DNA of 64,000 nucleotides, from contig CAZVGV010000002.1 of NCBI GenBank assembly GCA_964627055.1, positions 19,802 through 83,801 of the forward strand, given 5' to 3'. Every line of letters starts with the position of its first letter. Position 1 is the stretch's first letter. This document shows, piece by piece, positions 10,731 to 19,793 of this stretch. This DNA comes from an uncultured Gammaproteobacteria bacterium (lineage in GTDB: Bacteria > Patescibacteriota > Patescibacteriia > Magasanikbacterales > JBBTQS01). The notes beneath the pieces were generated by a model. It was not told where the DNA came from. It made no database searches and saw only the letters and a program-made list of their open reading frames with translations. Position numbers and translations under genes: made by a program.

Positions 10731-12140
10731 ATGCCTATCAGACTTTGGAACACCCTCACGCGCAAGACGCAACTCTTCCGCCCCCAGAAGCCGGGCGTTG
10801 TCACGCTCTACACCTGTGGTCCAACCGTGTATAACTACATGCACATTGGTAACCTGCGCACCTTTGTATTTGAAGATCTGCTCAAACGCACACTTCTAGG
10901 AAGCGGCCTGCGCGTGAAGCACATTATGAATATCACTGATGTTGGCCATCTGACCAACGACTCTGATGACGGCGATGACAAGATGGAACGCGCTGCGCTT
11001 ACCAGTGGCAAAAATATCTGGGAACTCGCTGCGTTCTATACTGACGAGTTCATGCGCGATGTCGCAGCGCTCCATATTCTCCCACCACTGCACTACACCA
11101 AGGCGACTGACCACATCAAAGAACAAATCGCGTTGGTAAAAAAACTCGAGAAAGCTGGTCACACTTACCGCACAAGTGATGGGATATATTTCGATACATC
11201 CACCTGGAAAAAATACGGCGTACTCATGGGCAAGAAGCACCTTGCAGGACTACAAAAAGGCGCGCGCGTAAGTGCCAGCGACGAAAAGCGTACTGCCACA
11301 GACTTCGCACTCTGGAAGTTCTCTGCCGCAGAAGGGTCGAAGCGACAAATGGAATGGGACTCACCTTGGGGCGTTGGATTCCCAGGATGGCACATTGAGT
11401 GTTCGGCGATGGCCATGAAATACCTTGGCGCAACGCTCGATATTCACTGTGGCGGCGTAGATCACATCACAATTCATCACACGAACGAAATTGCGCAAAG
11501 CGAGGCTGCTACAGGCAAGCCATTCGCACGATTCTGGATGCACGGAGAATTCCTCCAGATCAACAATACAAAGATGGCAAAGTCACAAGGCAACTTCTTG
11601 CGTATTGCCGATATTCGTGCGCAAGGCCTCGACCCTATTGCGTATCGATACTTCTTGTTGCAGACACACTACCGCAAGCAGCTTCAATTCTCGTGGGAAG
11701 CTGTTGAAGCAGCTGCTGCAGGACTGCGCAACCTTGTTGAGCGACTTGCAACAGCTCCAGCAACCTCAAAGACTGATCCCCAACTCATCAAGAGTATAAC
11801 TGCTGCATTGCAAGACGATCTCAATGCACCGAAGGCCATCGCTCTTCTTTGGAAGACAGTGGGCAAAAAAGGAACGGTTGATGCACATACCGCAGAAGCG
11901 ATCTTTGTCGCTGATGACACGTATTTCGGGCTCGGGCTACGCGCACTCGTTGCCACATTCCTTGCTGGTGCGACAACGACACTCACCATCTCTCCAGATA
12001 TCCAAGGAATTCTTGATGCGCGAGCACTCGCTCGAGATAGTCGCGATTTTGCTACCTCCGACCGTCTTCGCGACGAGCTCCTCGCTCGCGGGTATGTCGT
12101 GAAGGATACAAAGGATGGTCAAGAGTTGAGCAAGAAATAA
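10731..12140 (+). CDS. cysS: Cysteine--tRNA ligase
   Basis: YTCGPTVY, HIGN, DFALWK, GFPGWHIECSAM, KMAKS. Confidence 0.98.
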   Translation: MPIRLWNTLTRKTQLFRPQKPGVVTLYTCGPTVYNYMHIGNLRTFVFEDLLKRTLLGSGLRVKHIMNITDVGHLTNDSDDGDDKMERAALTSGKNIWELAAFYTDEFMRDVAALHILPPLHYTKATDHIKEQIALVKKLEKAGHTYRTSDGIYFDTSTWKKYGVLMGKKHLAGLQKGARVSASDEKRTATDFALWKFSAAEGSKRQMEWDSPWGVGFPGWHIECSAMAMKYLGATLDIHCGGVDHITIHHTNEIAQSEAATGKPFARFWMHGEFLQINNTKMAKSQGNFLRIADIRAQGLDPIAYRYFLLQTHYRKQLQFSWEAVEAAAAGLRNLVERLATAPATSKTDPQLIKSITAALQDDLNAPKAIALLWKTVGKKGTVDAHTAEAIFVADDTYFGLGLRALVATFLAGATTTLTISPDIQGILDARALARDSRDFATSDRLRDELLARGYVVKDTKDGQELSKK

Positions 12141-12149
12141 TTTCCACGT

Positions 12150-12198
12150 CACGAACCCGAACCCGCACGCCTCCTGCTGTGCGGGTTTCGTGTTTTTT
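12150..12198 (+). terminator. Rho-independent terminator after cysS
   Basis: AACCCGCAC...GTGCGGGTT stem followed by a T-run. Confidence 0.7.
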
Positions 12199-12217
12199 GT
12201 GCTATACTTGTCTGCGT

Positions 12218-12742
12218 ATGCCATCCATGCAAGACGTTCTCAAGACTCTCCCAAAGCACGAACCACTCGAGCAACAGCCGTCCATGCCAGAACGTTTGGA
12301 CGCGATTCCCGACGCTCGTACATCAGAGCCTGAGACTGAAGCGTCAGAACCGCTCCAAGTCGAACTGCACGCTGATCACATCACTTCCATCCCGAACTCC
12401 CACATCGACACCGCGTCGAAGCAGCCCGTTGCTGCTCCTACGCAATCCATACCCTCCACCAAAGACCCACTCACACGTGACATTGAAAAAATCCTTGAAG
12501 AGAACCTCGCAGAATCGTTTGCAACCATGACCCCCGAGCAGCAACAAAAGTTCAAAACCGAAGGAGAACGCGTCACTGCTTCCATTCGCCAAATTATCAA
12601 ATCAGGCGTAGTCCATATTAAGAAAATCCTTGCACTCATCAGTGGATGGCTCCGTATGATCCCAGGAGTCAATCGTTTTTTCCTCGAAAAAGAATCGAAA
12701 ATAAAGGCAGAAAAAATCTTGCTCCTTGGAGGACAATTTTAG
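12218..12742 (+). CDS. Hypothetical protein with low-complexity N-terminus and helical C-terminus
   Basis: ORF after TGCTATACT; C-terminal WLRMIPGVNRFFLEKESKIK looks conserved; co-oriented with the downstream ATPase. Confidence 0.75.
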   Translation: MPSMQDVLKTLPKHEPLEQQPSMPERLDAIPDARTSEPETEASEPLQVELHADHITSIPNSHIDTASKQPVAAPTQSIPSTKDPLTRDIEKILEENLAESFATMTPEQQQKFKTEGERVTASIRQIIKSGVVHIKKILALISGWLRMIPGVNRFFLEKESKIKAEKILLLGGQF

Positions 12743-12763
12743 CTTTCACTAACGCTCTTTGGC

Positions 12764-15271
12764 ATGGAACCCTCACAGACACTTACCGCAGTGGATCTCT
12801 TGATCAACACCTTGATTGCCATTGCATCACTGCTCATGGCCGCTGGTGCACTTTTTTTGCTGCGTGTTTTTTTGCGTACCCGCCATCATCGTGCTGTAAG
12901 CCTCACGATGAGCACGCTGCTCATCCGCGTGCCTAAAGAAAAGAAAGATCAACCACAGCAATCCGGTGTACCACAAAGCGTAGAATATCTCCGCCAGGAC
13001 ATCGCAGTAATGGAAACGATCTTCGCGACCGTCGGCGGACTGCGTGCACAGCGTGGTTTCCTGGCTTGGCTACACGGTCGAGAGGATCATGTTAGCTTCG
13101 AAATCGTATCTCGTGGCGGAAATATTTACTTCTACTGTGTCGTACCACGCACTCTCGAATCGCTGTTAATCCAGCAAATTCACGCACAATTCCCTGCTGC
13201 ACAGATCGACCGCGAAGAAGATTACAATTTCTTCTCCCCGAAGAGTTCCATCCTTGGCGCCTACGTCACCATGACACGCGAGTTCCCATTTGCAATCAAG
13301 ACCTTCCGTGAACTCGACAGCGATCCACTCTCCGGTCTCACCAATCCGCTTGCAAAAATCGGCAAGAATGACGGTGCGGCAATTCAATTTGTCGTTCGTT
13401 CGAGCAAGAAGACATGGCGCAAGCGTGCAAAGGCGATTATTAAGCTCATCCAAAAAGGCAAATACCTCACCCAACACAACGATGGCATTGGTTCGATCAC
13501 GAGTGTTGCAAGCGCCATGATCTCAGGCAACAAGCAAGAACAGTCTCCCAAGGATTACCACATGACCGCTTCTGAGGACGAAATGGTAAAACGTATTGAC
13601 TCCAAAATGGCAAAAGCCGGACTTGATGTGAACATTCGTGTTATCGTCGCAGCAGAAAATGATCACTCCGCACGACAATACCTCGATACAATAGTCAGCG
13701 CCTTCGGCCAATTCAACAATTACTCGTACGGAAACTCCTTCAAGGCACTCGTGCCACGCATGCAGTCAACCGTCATTGAAGACTTCATCTACCGTGCGTT
13801 CGCTCCTCGTCGTCGTCTCGTGTTGAACACAGAAGAAATGGCATCGCTCTGGCATCTACCACTCCCTACAATCGAAACACCGAATATTGTTTGGCTCGGT
13901 GCGCGCAAGGCAGCTCCTCCACAAAACATGCCGAAGGAAGGACTGATCCTCGGACGTGTGACATTCCGCGGCGAAGAATCCGAAGTTCGTATCAAGCGGT
14001 CTGACCGTCGTCGCCATCTCTACACCATTGGTAAGTCAGGATCTGGTAAATCCGTGTTCCTCGAGAACATGGCGATTCAAGATATCAACAACGGAGAAGG
14101 GGTTTGCGTAGTCGACCCACACGGTGACCTCGTGCAGCACATTCTCGCCAATATCCCTGAGCATCGCATTGATGACGTCATTTACTTCTGCCCATCAGAC
14201 CTCGACCGACCGATCGGCCTCAACATGCTCGAAGCACGTTCAGAGGACCAGAAAGATTTTGTGGTGCAGGAAATGATTGCCATCTTCTACAAGCTGTTCC
14301 CACCTGAAATGATCGGCCCAATGTTTGAGCATCAAATGCGCAACGTGATGCTCACACTTATGGCAGATGTAGAGAACCCTGGCACTATTGCCGAAATTCC
14401 TCGCATGTTCTCTGACGAGGCGTACGCAAAGACTTGGATTGCGAAGCTCAAAGACCCTGTAGTTCGCTCATTTTGGGAAAAGGAAATGGCAAAGACCTCG
14501 GACTTCCACAAATCTGAAATGCTCGGATACTTGGTCTCCAAGGTTGGCCGATTCGTCGAAAACGAAATGCTGCGAAACATCATCGGTCAATCCCGCTCTG
14601 GATTTGATTTCCGCGAGGTGATGGATAACAAAAAAATCCTCCTCGTGAATCTCTCGAAAGGAACCACCGGTGAAGTGAACGCAAAACTTCTGGGTCTCAT
14701 CATCGTGGCGAAGTTACAGATGGCGGCACTCACTCGCGCCGACCTTCCTGAGGACCAGCGCCATGATTTCTACTTGTACATCGATGAATTCCAAAATTTC
14801 ATTACCGACTCCATCGCTACGATCCTTTCTGAAGCACGTAAGTATCGTCTCAACCTGACCATTGCGCATCAATACATGGGACAGCTGGTAGATGGCGGCA
14901 AAAATGATACATCCATTCGCGATGCGGTTCTCGGTAACGTCGGTACGATGGCAGCATTTCGCATCGGCCCAGAAGATGCCGAGTTACTGCAAAAGGAATT
15001 TGCACCGGTATTTTCTGCATACGACCTCATCAATGTGGAACAGTACACAGCCTACGTGAAATTACTCATTGACAACACCGCGGCAAAGCCATTTAATATG
15101 GCTACGACCGCACCACTTCCAGAAAACAACGAATACGCAGAAATGCTCAAGCAACTCTCGCGTCTCAAGTTCGGTCGTGATCGTGCCACGGTGGAGGAAG
15201 ATATTCTCGAACGTAGCCAATTAGGCACACTCACCCTTCCTGCCCAACCACTAACTGAAGCAAAGTTGTAA
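12764..15271 (+). CDS. VirD4/TraG/HerA-like P-loop ATPase with N-terminal membrane anchor
   Basis: RRRHLYTIGKSGSGKS Walker A, VVDPHGD, LYIDEFQNF Walker B, LSEARKYRL, AHQY. Confidence 0.88.
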   Translation: MEPSQTLTAVDLLINTLIAIASLLMAAGALFLLRVFLRTRHHRAVSLTMSTLLIRVPKEKKDQPQQSGVPQSVEYLRQDIAVMETIFATVGGLRAQRGFLAWLHGREDHVSFEIVSRGGNIYFYCVVPRTLESLLIQQIHAQFPAAQIDREEDYNFFSPKSSILGAYVTMTREFPFAIKTFRELDSDPLSGLTNPLAKIGKNDGAAIQFVVRSSKKTWRKRAKAIIKLIQKGKYLTQHNDGIGSITSVASAMISGNKQEQSPKDYHMTASEDEMVKRIDSKMAKAGLDVNIRVIVAAENDHSARQYLDTIVSAFGQFNNYSYGNSFKALVPRMQSTVIEDFIYRAFAPRRRLVLNTEEMASLWHLPLPTIETPNIVWLGARKAAPPQNMPKEGLILGRVTFRGEESEVRIKRSDRRRHLYTIGKSGSGKSVFLENMAIQDINNGEGVCVVDPHGDLVQHILANIPEHRIDDVIYFCPSDLDRPIGLNMLEARSEDQKDFVVQEMIAIFYKLFPPEMIGPMFEHQMRNVMLTLMADVENPGTIAEIPRMFSDEAYAKTWIAKLKDPVVRSFWEKEMAKTSDFHKSEMLGYLVSKVGRFVENEMLRNIIGQSRSGFDFREVMDNKKILLVNLSKGTTGEVNAKLLGLIIVAKLQMAALTRADLPEDQRHDFYLYIDEFQNFITDSIATILSEARKYRLNLTIAHQYMGQLVDGGKNDTSIRDAVLGNVGTMAAFRIGPEDAELLQKEFAPVFSAYDLINVEQYTAYVKLLIDNTAAKPFNMATTAPLPENNEYAEMLKQLSRLKFGRDRATVEEDILERSQLGTLTLPAQPLTEAKL

Positions 15272-15327
15272 CGCTCATTTCGTGAGCAGCTGCGTAGTGT
15301 ACCCGCTTCTTCTTTAATGCATGTCGT

Positions 15328-15996
15328 ATGGATTCGCTTGGCAACTTGTTGCACAGCCGTTCTTCTAGCCTGTCACTTCCACAGCTTCCGGACAAACCCG
15401 TGCATACCCCTGCGCCAGATTTTTCCGCACCAACTCCAGCACCTGCACCCGAGCCGCAGCACGTCGACCGCCTTGCACAGATTCGCACACTCGTCCATGA
15501 GATCGAAGAACGACTCACCCAGGTGCGAGAAATACTTGCAAGCGACCCTCCAGTGTCACATTCCACAACAGTACTTCCACCAGTTACCACACACAGCACA
15601 CCACCTACGACAACCACAACAGAGTTCACGGTTCACGAAGGTGTTTTCAACGGTGAAGGCATGATCGGCGCAGATGGCCAGACCTATCCCGTGCCCGTGA
15701 ACTACGCATCCAAGTCCAAGCTTGTCGAAGGTGACCTCCTCAAGGTTACAGTCCTCCCAACGGGCGAGCTCATGTACAAGCAAATCGGCCCAGTGGAACG
15801 TGATCGCAAAATGGGCAGACTCGTAAAGCACGAAGATGGATCATTTACTGTTGCAACAGAGCAAGCAGAATACCGTGTACTTACTGCAGCTGTCACCTAC
15901 CACCGCGGAGCACACGGGCATAGCGCTGTGGTGTTAGTACCACGCGATAGCTTCAGCACATGGGCAGCAATTGAGTACATTTTCCACCAACCATAA
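15328..15996 (+). CDS. Conserved hypothetical protein (beta-rich C-terminal domain)
   Basis: EGVFNGEGM...YPVPVNYASKSKLVEGD...YKQIGP; operonic with dnaX. Confidence 0.75.
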   Translation: MDSLGNLLHSRSSSLSLPQLPDKPVHTPAPDFSAPTPAPAPEPQHVDRLAQIRTLVHEIEERLTQVREILASDPPVSHSTTVLPPVTTHSTPPTTTTTEFTVHEGVFNGEGMIGADGQTYPVPVNYASKSKLVEGDLLKVTVLPTGELMYKQIGPVERDRKMGRLVKHEDGSFTVATEQAEYRVLTAAVTYHRGAHGHSAVVLVPRDSFSTWAAIEYIFHQP

Positions 15997-16008
15997 AACC
16001 ACATTCCT

Positions 16009-17637
16009 ATGGCACAGACTCTTTACCGCAAATACCGCCCCAGTCGTTGGTCTGATGTTGTAGGTCAAGATCATGTGGTTCGCACACTCACCAACGAATT
16101 ACGACGCAACGCACTCGTGCACGCATATCTCTTTACCGGCCCTCGTGGCGTAGGCAAGACTACTGCCGCTCGCTTGCTTGCGAAGGCAGCGAACTGTACG
16201 GGACGCCGTGAATCAGCAGAGCCCTGCGAGACCTGCCCTCAGTGCATCGCATGCACCAATGGTCAGGCAATCGACATCATTGAAATCGACGCCGCAAGTC
16301 ACACCGGCGTAGACATGGTGCGCGAACACATCATCGAGAACGCACGATTCCTCCCCACGCAATCTCGATATAAGGTCTTCATTATCGATGAAGTCCACAT
16401 GCTCTCTACCAGTGCGTTCAACGCGCTCTTGAAGACACTCGAGGAGCCACCGGAGCACGCAATGTTCATTCTTGCTACTACCGAGATCGACAAACTTCTT
16501 GCGACGATTCGCTCTCGCTGCGAAGAATATGTGTTCCGTCGCGTTCCCCACGCACTCATCGTCGAAAAGCTTCGTACGATTATTACTGCTGAATCTCGTG
16601 AAGTCGCATCAGACGTGATTGCACAAATCGCCAGCAACGCTGACGGCTGTCTTCGTGACGCAGAAAGTCTCTTGGGTCAAGTGCTCTCACTCACCACCGG
16701 ACCGATCACAATGGCAGAGTGTGAGCACATCTTGCCTCGCGTTGCTTATAAGGAAGCAATATCCATTCTTGAGGCTATCGCACAGCGAAATGCACAGGCT
16801 GGACTTGCTGTGCTCGATACGCTCGCGGCAAATGCCACCGAGTTTCATGGCTTTGCAACACAACTCATCGACACCACTCGTCTGGTACTTCTTGCCATGC
16901 ACCGCGCAATGATGGAGGAAGAACGTGCGCGGTTTGATGAGGAATCACTCGCACGTCTGGCAACTCTCGCAAAGACGTACAACCCCACACGAATCACCAC
17001 GGCACTTTCATCATTCATGGCCGCACGCATCGATATCAACACCGCGCCAATCCCCCAACTTCCACTAGAAATCGCGATTGTGGAGCTCTGTAGCGATGGA
17101 GTTACTCCGGTCACAACCACCCAGCCAATCGGATCAGCGCCAACCATGCCAGTTGTACCCCCACAACCCGCACAAGCAGATGCTGCGCCGTCTCGTGCAC
17201 GTGCAGGATTGCCTCCCGCGCCACAACCACCTGCTCCACCAGAAATATCGACAACAACCACAAACAGCAGTGAATCAATTCCCTACTCCAACGGCCCCCT
17301 GACACTCACCGTGGAGAATATTACTTCACGCTGGAATAAGTTTTTGGAATTCGTAGGCGAGAAGAACCCCTCTACCATGTTATTGCTACGCATGGCGCAG
17401 CCAACAGCCATTGAAGGCAACAAACTCCGTCTCACATGCAACTTCGCACCGCATGCTGATAAGCTCCGCGAGCCTAAGATAAAAGTCATGGCCGAGAACC
17501 TCTTTGCCACGTTTTTTGCAGAACGCGCCGACCTTGACTGCTCCTCTGCTGCTGTGGTACAACAGAGTACGCCTGATGAAGTTAGCCCTGAAGCTGCAGC
17601 ACTTGCTGCAGAGTTCGATGGCCAAGTCGTAGGGTAG
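16009..17637 (+). CDS. dnaX: DNA polymerase III subunit gamma/tau
   Basis: LYRKYRP, GPRGVGKTT, Zn motif, EIDAAS, IIDEVHML, SRC. Confidence 0.97.
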   Translation: MAQTLYRKYRPSRWSDVVGQDHVVRTLTNELRRNALVHAYLFTGPRGVGKTTAARLLAKAANCTGRRESAEPCETCPQCIACTNGQAIDIIEIDAASHTGVDMVREHIIENARFLPTQSRYKVFIIDEVHMLSTSAFNALLKTLEEPPEHAMFILATTEIDKLLATIRSRCEEYVFRRVPHALIVEKLRTIITAESREVASDVIAQIASNADGCLRDAESLLGQVLSLTTGPITMAECEHILPRVAYKEAISILEAIAQRNAQAGLAVLDTLAANATEFHGFATQLIDTTRLVLLAMHRAMMEEERARFDEESLARLATLAKTYNPTRITTALSSFMAARIDINTAPIPQLPLEIAIVELCSDGVTPVTTTQPIGSAPTMPVVPPQPAQADAAPSRARAGLPPAPQPPAPPEISTTTTNSSESIPYSNGPLTLTVENITSRWNKFLEFVGEKNPSTMLLLRMAQPTAIEGNKLRLTCNFAPHADKLREPKIKVMAENLFATFFAERADLDCSSAAVVQQSTPDEVSPEAAALAAEFDGQVVG

Positions 17638-17642
17638 ATATT

Positions 17643-17713
17643 TCCGGGATCGTCTAATGGTAGGACTCATGCCTCTGGAGCATGCTATCTTGGTTCGAAT
17701 CCAGGTCCCGGAG
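17643..17713 (+). tRNA. tRNA-Gln(CTG)
   Basis: TCCGGGA/TCCCGGA acceptor stem, CATGC-CTCTGGA-GCATG anticodon arm, GGTTCGAATCC. Confidence 0.95.
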
Positions 17714-17812
17714 CAGATTTGTAAAAAAGAAGGTAAGACACGTTCGCGTGACAGGTACTGATCCTCTCCTGTTGCCATTGCGAAATGCCTCGCCTTCTTT
17801 TTTTACATACAT

Positions 17813-18433
17813 TCAACGCTGCTCCGTCGGCAGGGTGTTGGTGTATCCGTGAGCGCAGAGCCATTGGTATGACTGCAGTACATCCTCAGGCAGAACTTGT
17901 TCCGTCTGAAATCCCAGCGCGGGGTACGTCTGTATTCGACAAAGCGTACCCACGAGATAGTGTACGAGTTGTTCGCGCGCTGCTTCGTCTCGAACATACT
18001 GTTCAAACGGGATCTGTGGCGAAGTGACACAACACCGAGCTTCTGGCCATACCTTACGAAAGGTTGCATACACACGACGTTCCATGTACGGTTTTTGAAC
18101 AAGTACAAAGGAACGAAAGGTATAGCCATGCTCTGCAAGAAGCTTTTTTGTAAACTTTATATTCTCACCTGTATTAGTTGCTAGAGGTTCTACAATGATC
18201 CGATGCTCCGGCACACCATGTTCACGTACTATTGATGCATATCGATATCCCTCTGAAACTCCGGAGACTATTACGTGACTCCCGTACCCTTCATGCCATA
18301 ACTGCGCTGCCCGGACTGCTACGCGCGTTGCATCAGATCCTAAAGCAAAAATCGCATCCATAGGAACGCATGGCTGCCCAAGACAAAGATAGCCCCAAAG
18401 AATTTTTGCATGCTGCTGTATCAGGACATCCAT
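17813..18433 (-). CDS. YdcF/DUF218 (ElyC/SanA-like) protein
   Basis: DAIFALG, IVSG, EPLATNTGENI, QKPYMERR. Confidence 0.85.
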   Translation of the reverse strand: MDVLIQQHAKILWGYLCLGQPCVPMDAIFALGSDATRVAVRAAQLWHEGYGSHVIVSGVSEGYRYASIVREHGVPEHRIIVEPLATNTGENIKFTKKLLAEHGYTFRSFVLVQKPYMERRVYATFRKVWPEARCCVTSPQIPFEQYVRDEAAREQLVHYLVGTLCRIQTYPALGFQTEQVLPEDVLQSYQWLCAHGYTNTLPTEQR

Positions 18434-19743
18434 AGCGTATCAAGAGCTGTGATGAACTGACCCCCCCGATCAAATACATTTTGAAAGCTTCCCAACGATG
18501 AAAATGCTGGAGAAAAAAGTATCGCGTCCCCAGGTACCGCGATACGAAGCGCTTCTGCAACCGCAGCATGAACAGAATCGACGCGAACAGCCTGAGGTAT
18601 TTTGTTGGCAATGACTTCTGAACCGGTTCCGGGGAGTAAGAGCACGTGCTTCGTGTAGCGCTGCATTGCCGCGATGAGTGCGTCTATTTTATTTCCTTTG
18701 TCACCCCCACCCACAATGAGAATGATCGGCGTAGACGCCAATGCTTCGAGCCCAGCACAGGTTGCTTCTGGGATAACTGCAGTGGTGTCATTGTACACAC
18801 GTATACCGCGTCTTTCTCCTACGAGCTCGAGCCGTCCCGGCACTCCTGGAAATGCCTCTAGCTCCTGACGAATGATTGCATCATCTATACCATATGCTTT
18901 TGCGGCCGCACGCGCACAGGCAGCATTATATCTATTATGCATACCAGGAATTACGAAGCGCCAATCAGCAACATCTCTTGCTGATGCACACACAACTCGC
19001 TGGACCGTCTCGGGGTATTGTGTTGCGATAGCAGGTAATGCCTGCGCACCTACAATGAGCGTGTCTTGCGTAGATTGATGCAAAAATATCTGAGCCTTAT
19101 CCTTCAGATACCGCTGCATGTCATTTCGATAGTAGGCCTGGTGATCCTCATAAAATGTCGTGAGCACTGCAATGTGCGGACTCAAATGCAACGCACCAAA
19201 TCCTTGCAATTGCCACGAATCCAATTCTAACACTGCGACAGTTGCCGTATCTGCATCATGTAATAACGCCAGTGTCGAAACACCCAGAATATTCCCCCCA
19301 AGTAGCACCTTCACTCCAGCAGCAGCAAGTATTGCGTGTATCATGGTAGTCGTGGTGGTCTTGCCTCGCGTACCAGTCACACCGATAATTGGTAGTCCTG
19401 ATAGCTCAGCAAAGAGGTCTGCGCTCATACGCACCGGGATACCTTGTGCACGCGCCTCCGCAAGATACGGCGAGGACTCAGGAACTCCCGCGGCGCGCAG
19501 AATCATATCTCGTCCACGAAAGTCTTCGGGCCGATGTTGACCTAATGTGTAGGTAATATTTTCGTATTCGGACAGCACATCCAAAGAAGGTTGGAGTTCC
19601 TGTGACAGCTTGAGATCAGTTATGATAAGATCAGCCCCACAGGAAGCCAGGAATGCGGCGTCACCAACACCGCGGCCCAGGAGGCCTAGGCCCATGATGG
19701 TAATTTTTTTGCCCTGAAAGTACTCAGAAATTTCATGCCGCAT
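18421..19743 (-). CDS. murD: UDP-N-acetylmuramoyl-L-alanine--D-glutamate ligase (MurD-like), stand-alone
   Basis: MGLGLLGRG, GVTGTRGKTTT, GGNI, ELDSWQL, PGRLE, YNDTTA, FSPAFSS..DRG. Confidence 0.85.
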   Translation of the reverse strand: MRHEISEYFQGKKITIMGLGLLGRGVGDAAFLASCGADLIITDLKLSQELQPSLDVLSEYENITYTLGQHRPEDFRGRDMILRAAGVPESSPYLAEARAQGIPVRMSADLFAELSGLPIIGVTGTRGKTTTTTMIHAILAAAGVKVLLGGNILGVSTLALLHDADTATVAVLELDSWQLQGFGALHLSPHIAVLTTFYEDHQAYYRNDMQRYLKDKAQIFLHQSTQDTLIVGAQALPAIATQYPETVQRVVCASARDVADWRFVIPGMHNRYNAACARAAAKAYGIDDAIIRQELEAFPGVPGRLELVGERRGIRVYNDTTAVIPEATCAGLEALASTPIILIVGGGDKGNKIDALIAAMQRYTKHVLLLPGTGSEVIANKIPQAVRVDSVHAAVAEALRIAVPGDAILFSPAFSSLGSFQNVFDRGGQFITALDTLWMS

Positions 19744-19793
19744 ACTCAACTGTAGCGTACACGTATTCTACCAGAAACGACACACGAATCCAC

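Noticed and set aside
10644-10804. Overlapping N-terminal extensions of pilM and cysS in the ORF track
   Set aside because: Downstream ATGs with extended -10 motifs (10672, 10731) remove the overlap and match family N-termini.
16009-17637. Programmed frameshift in dnaX (gamma/tau)
   Set aside because: No A-AAA-AAG or long A-run slippery site seen in the linker region.
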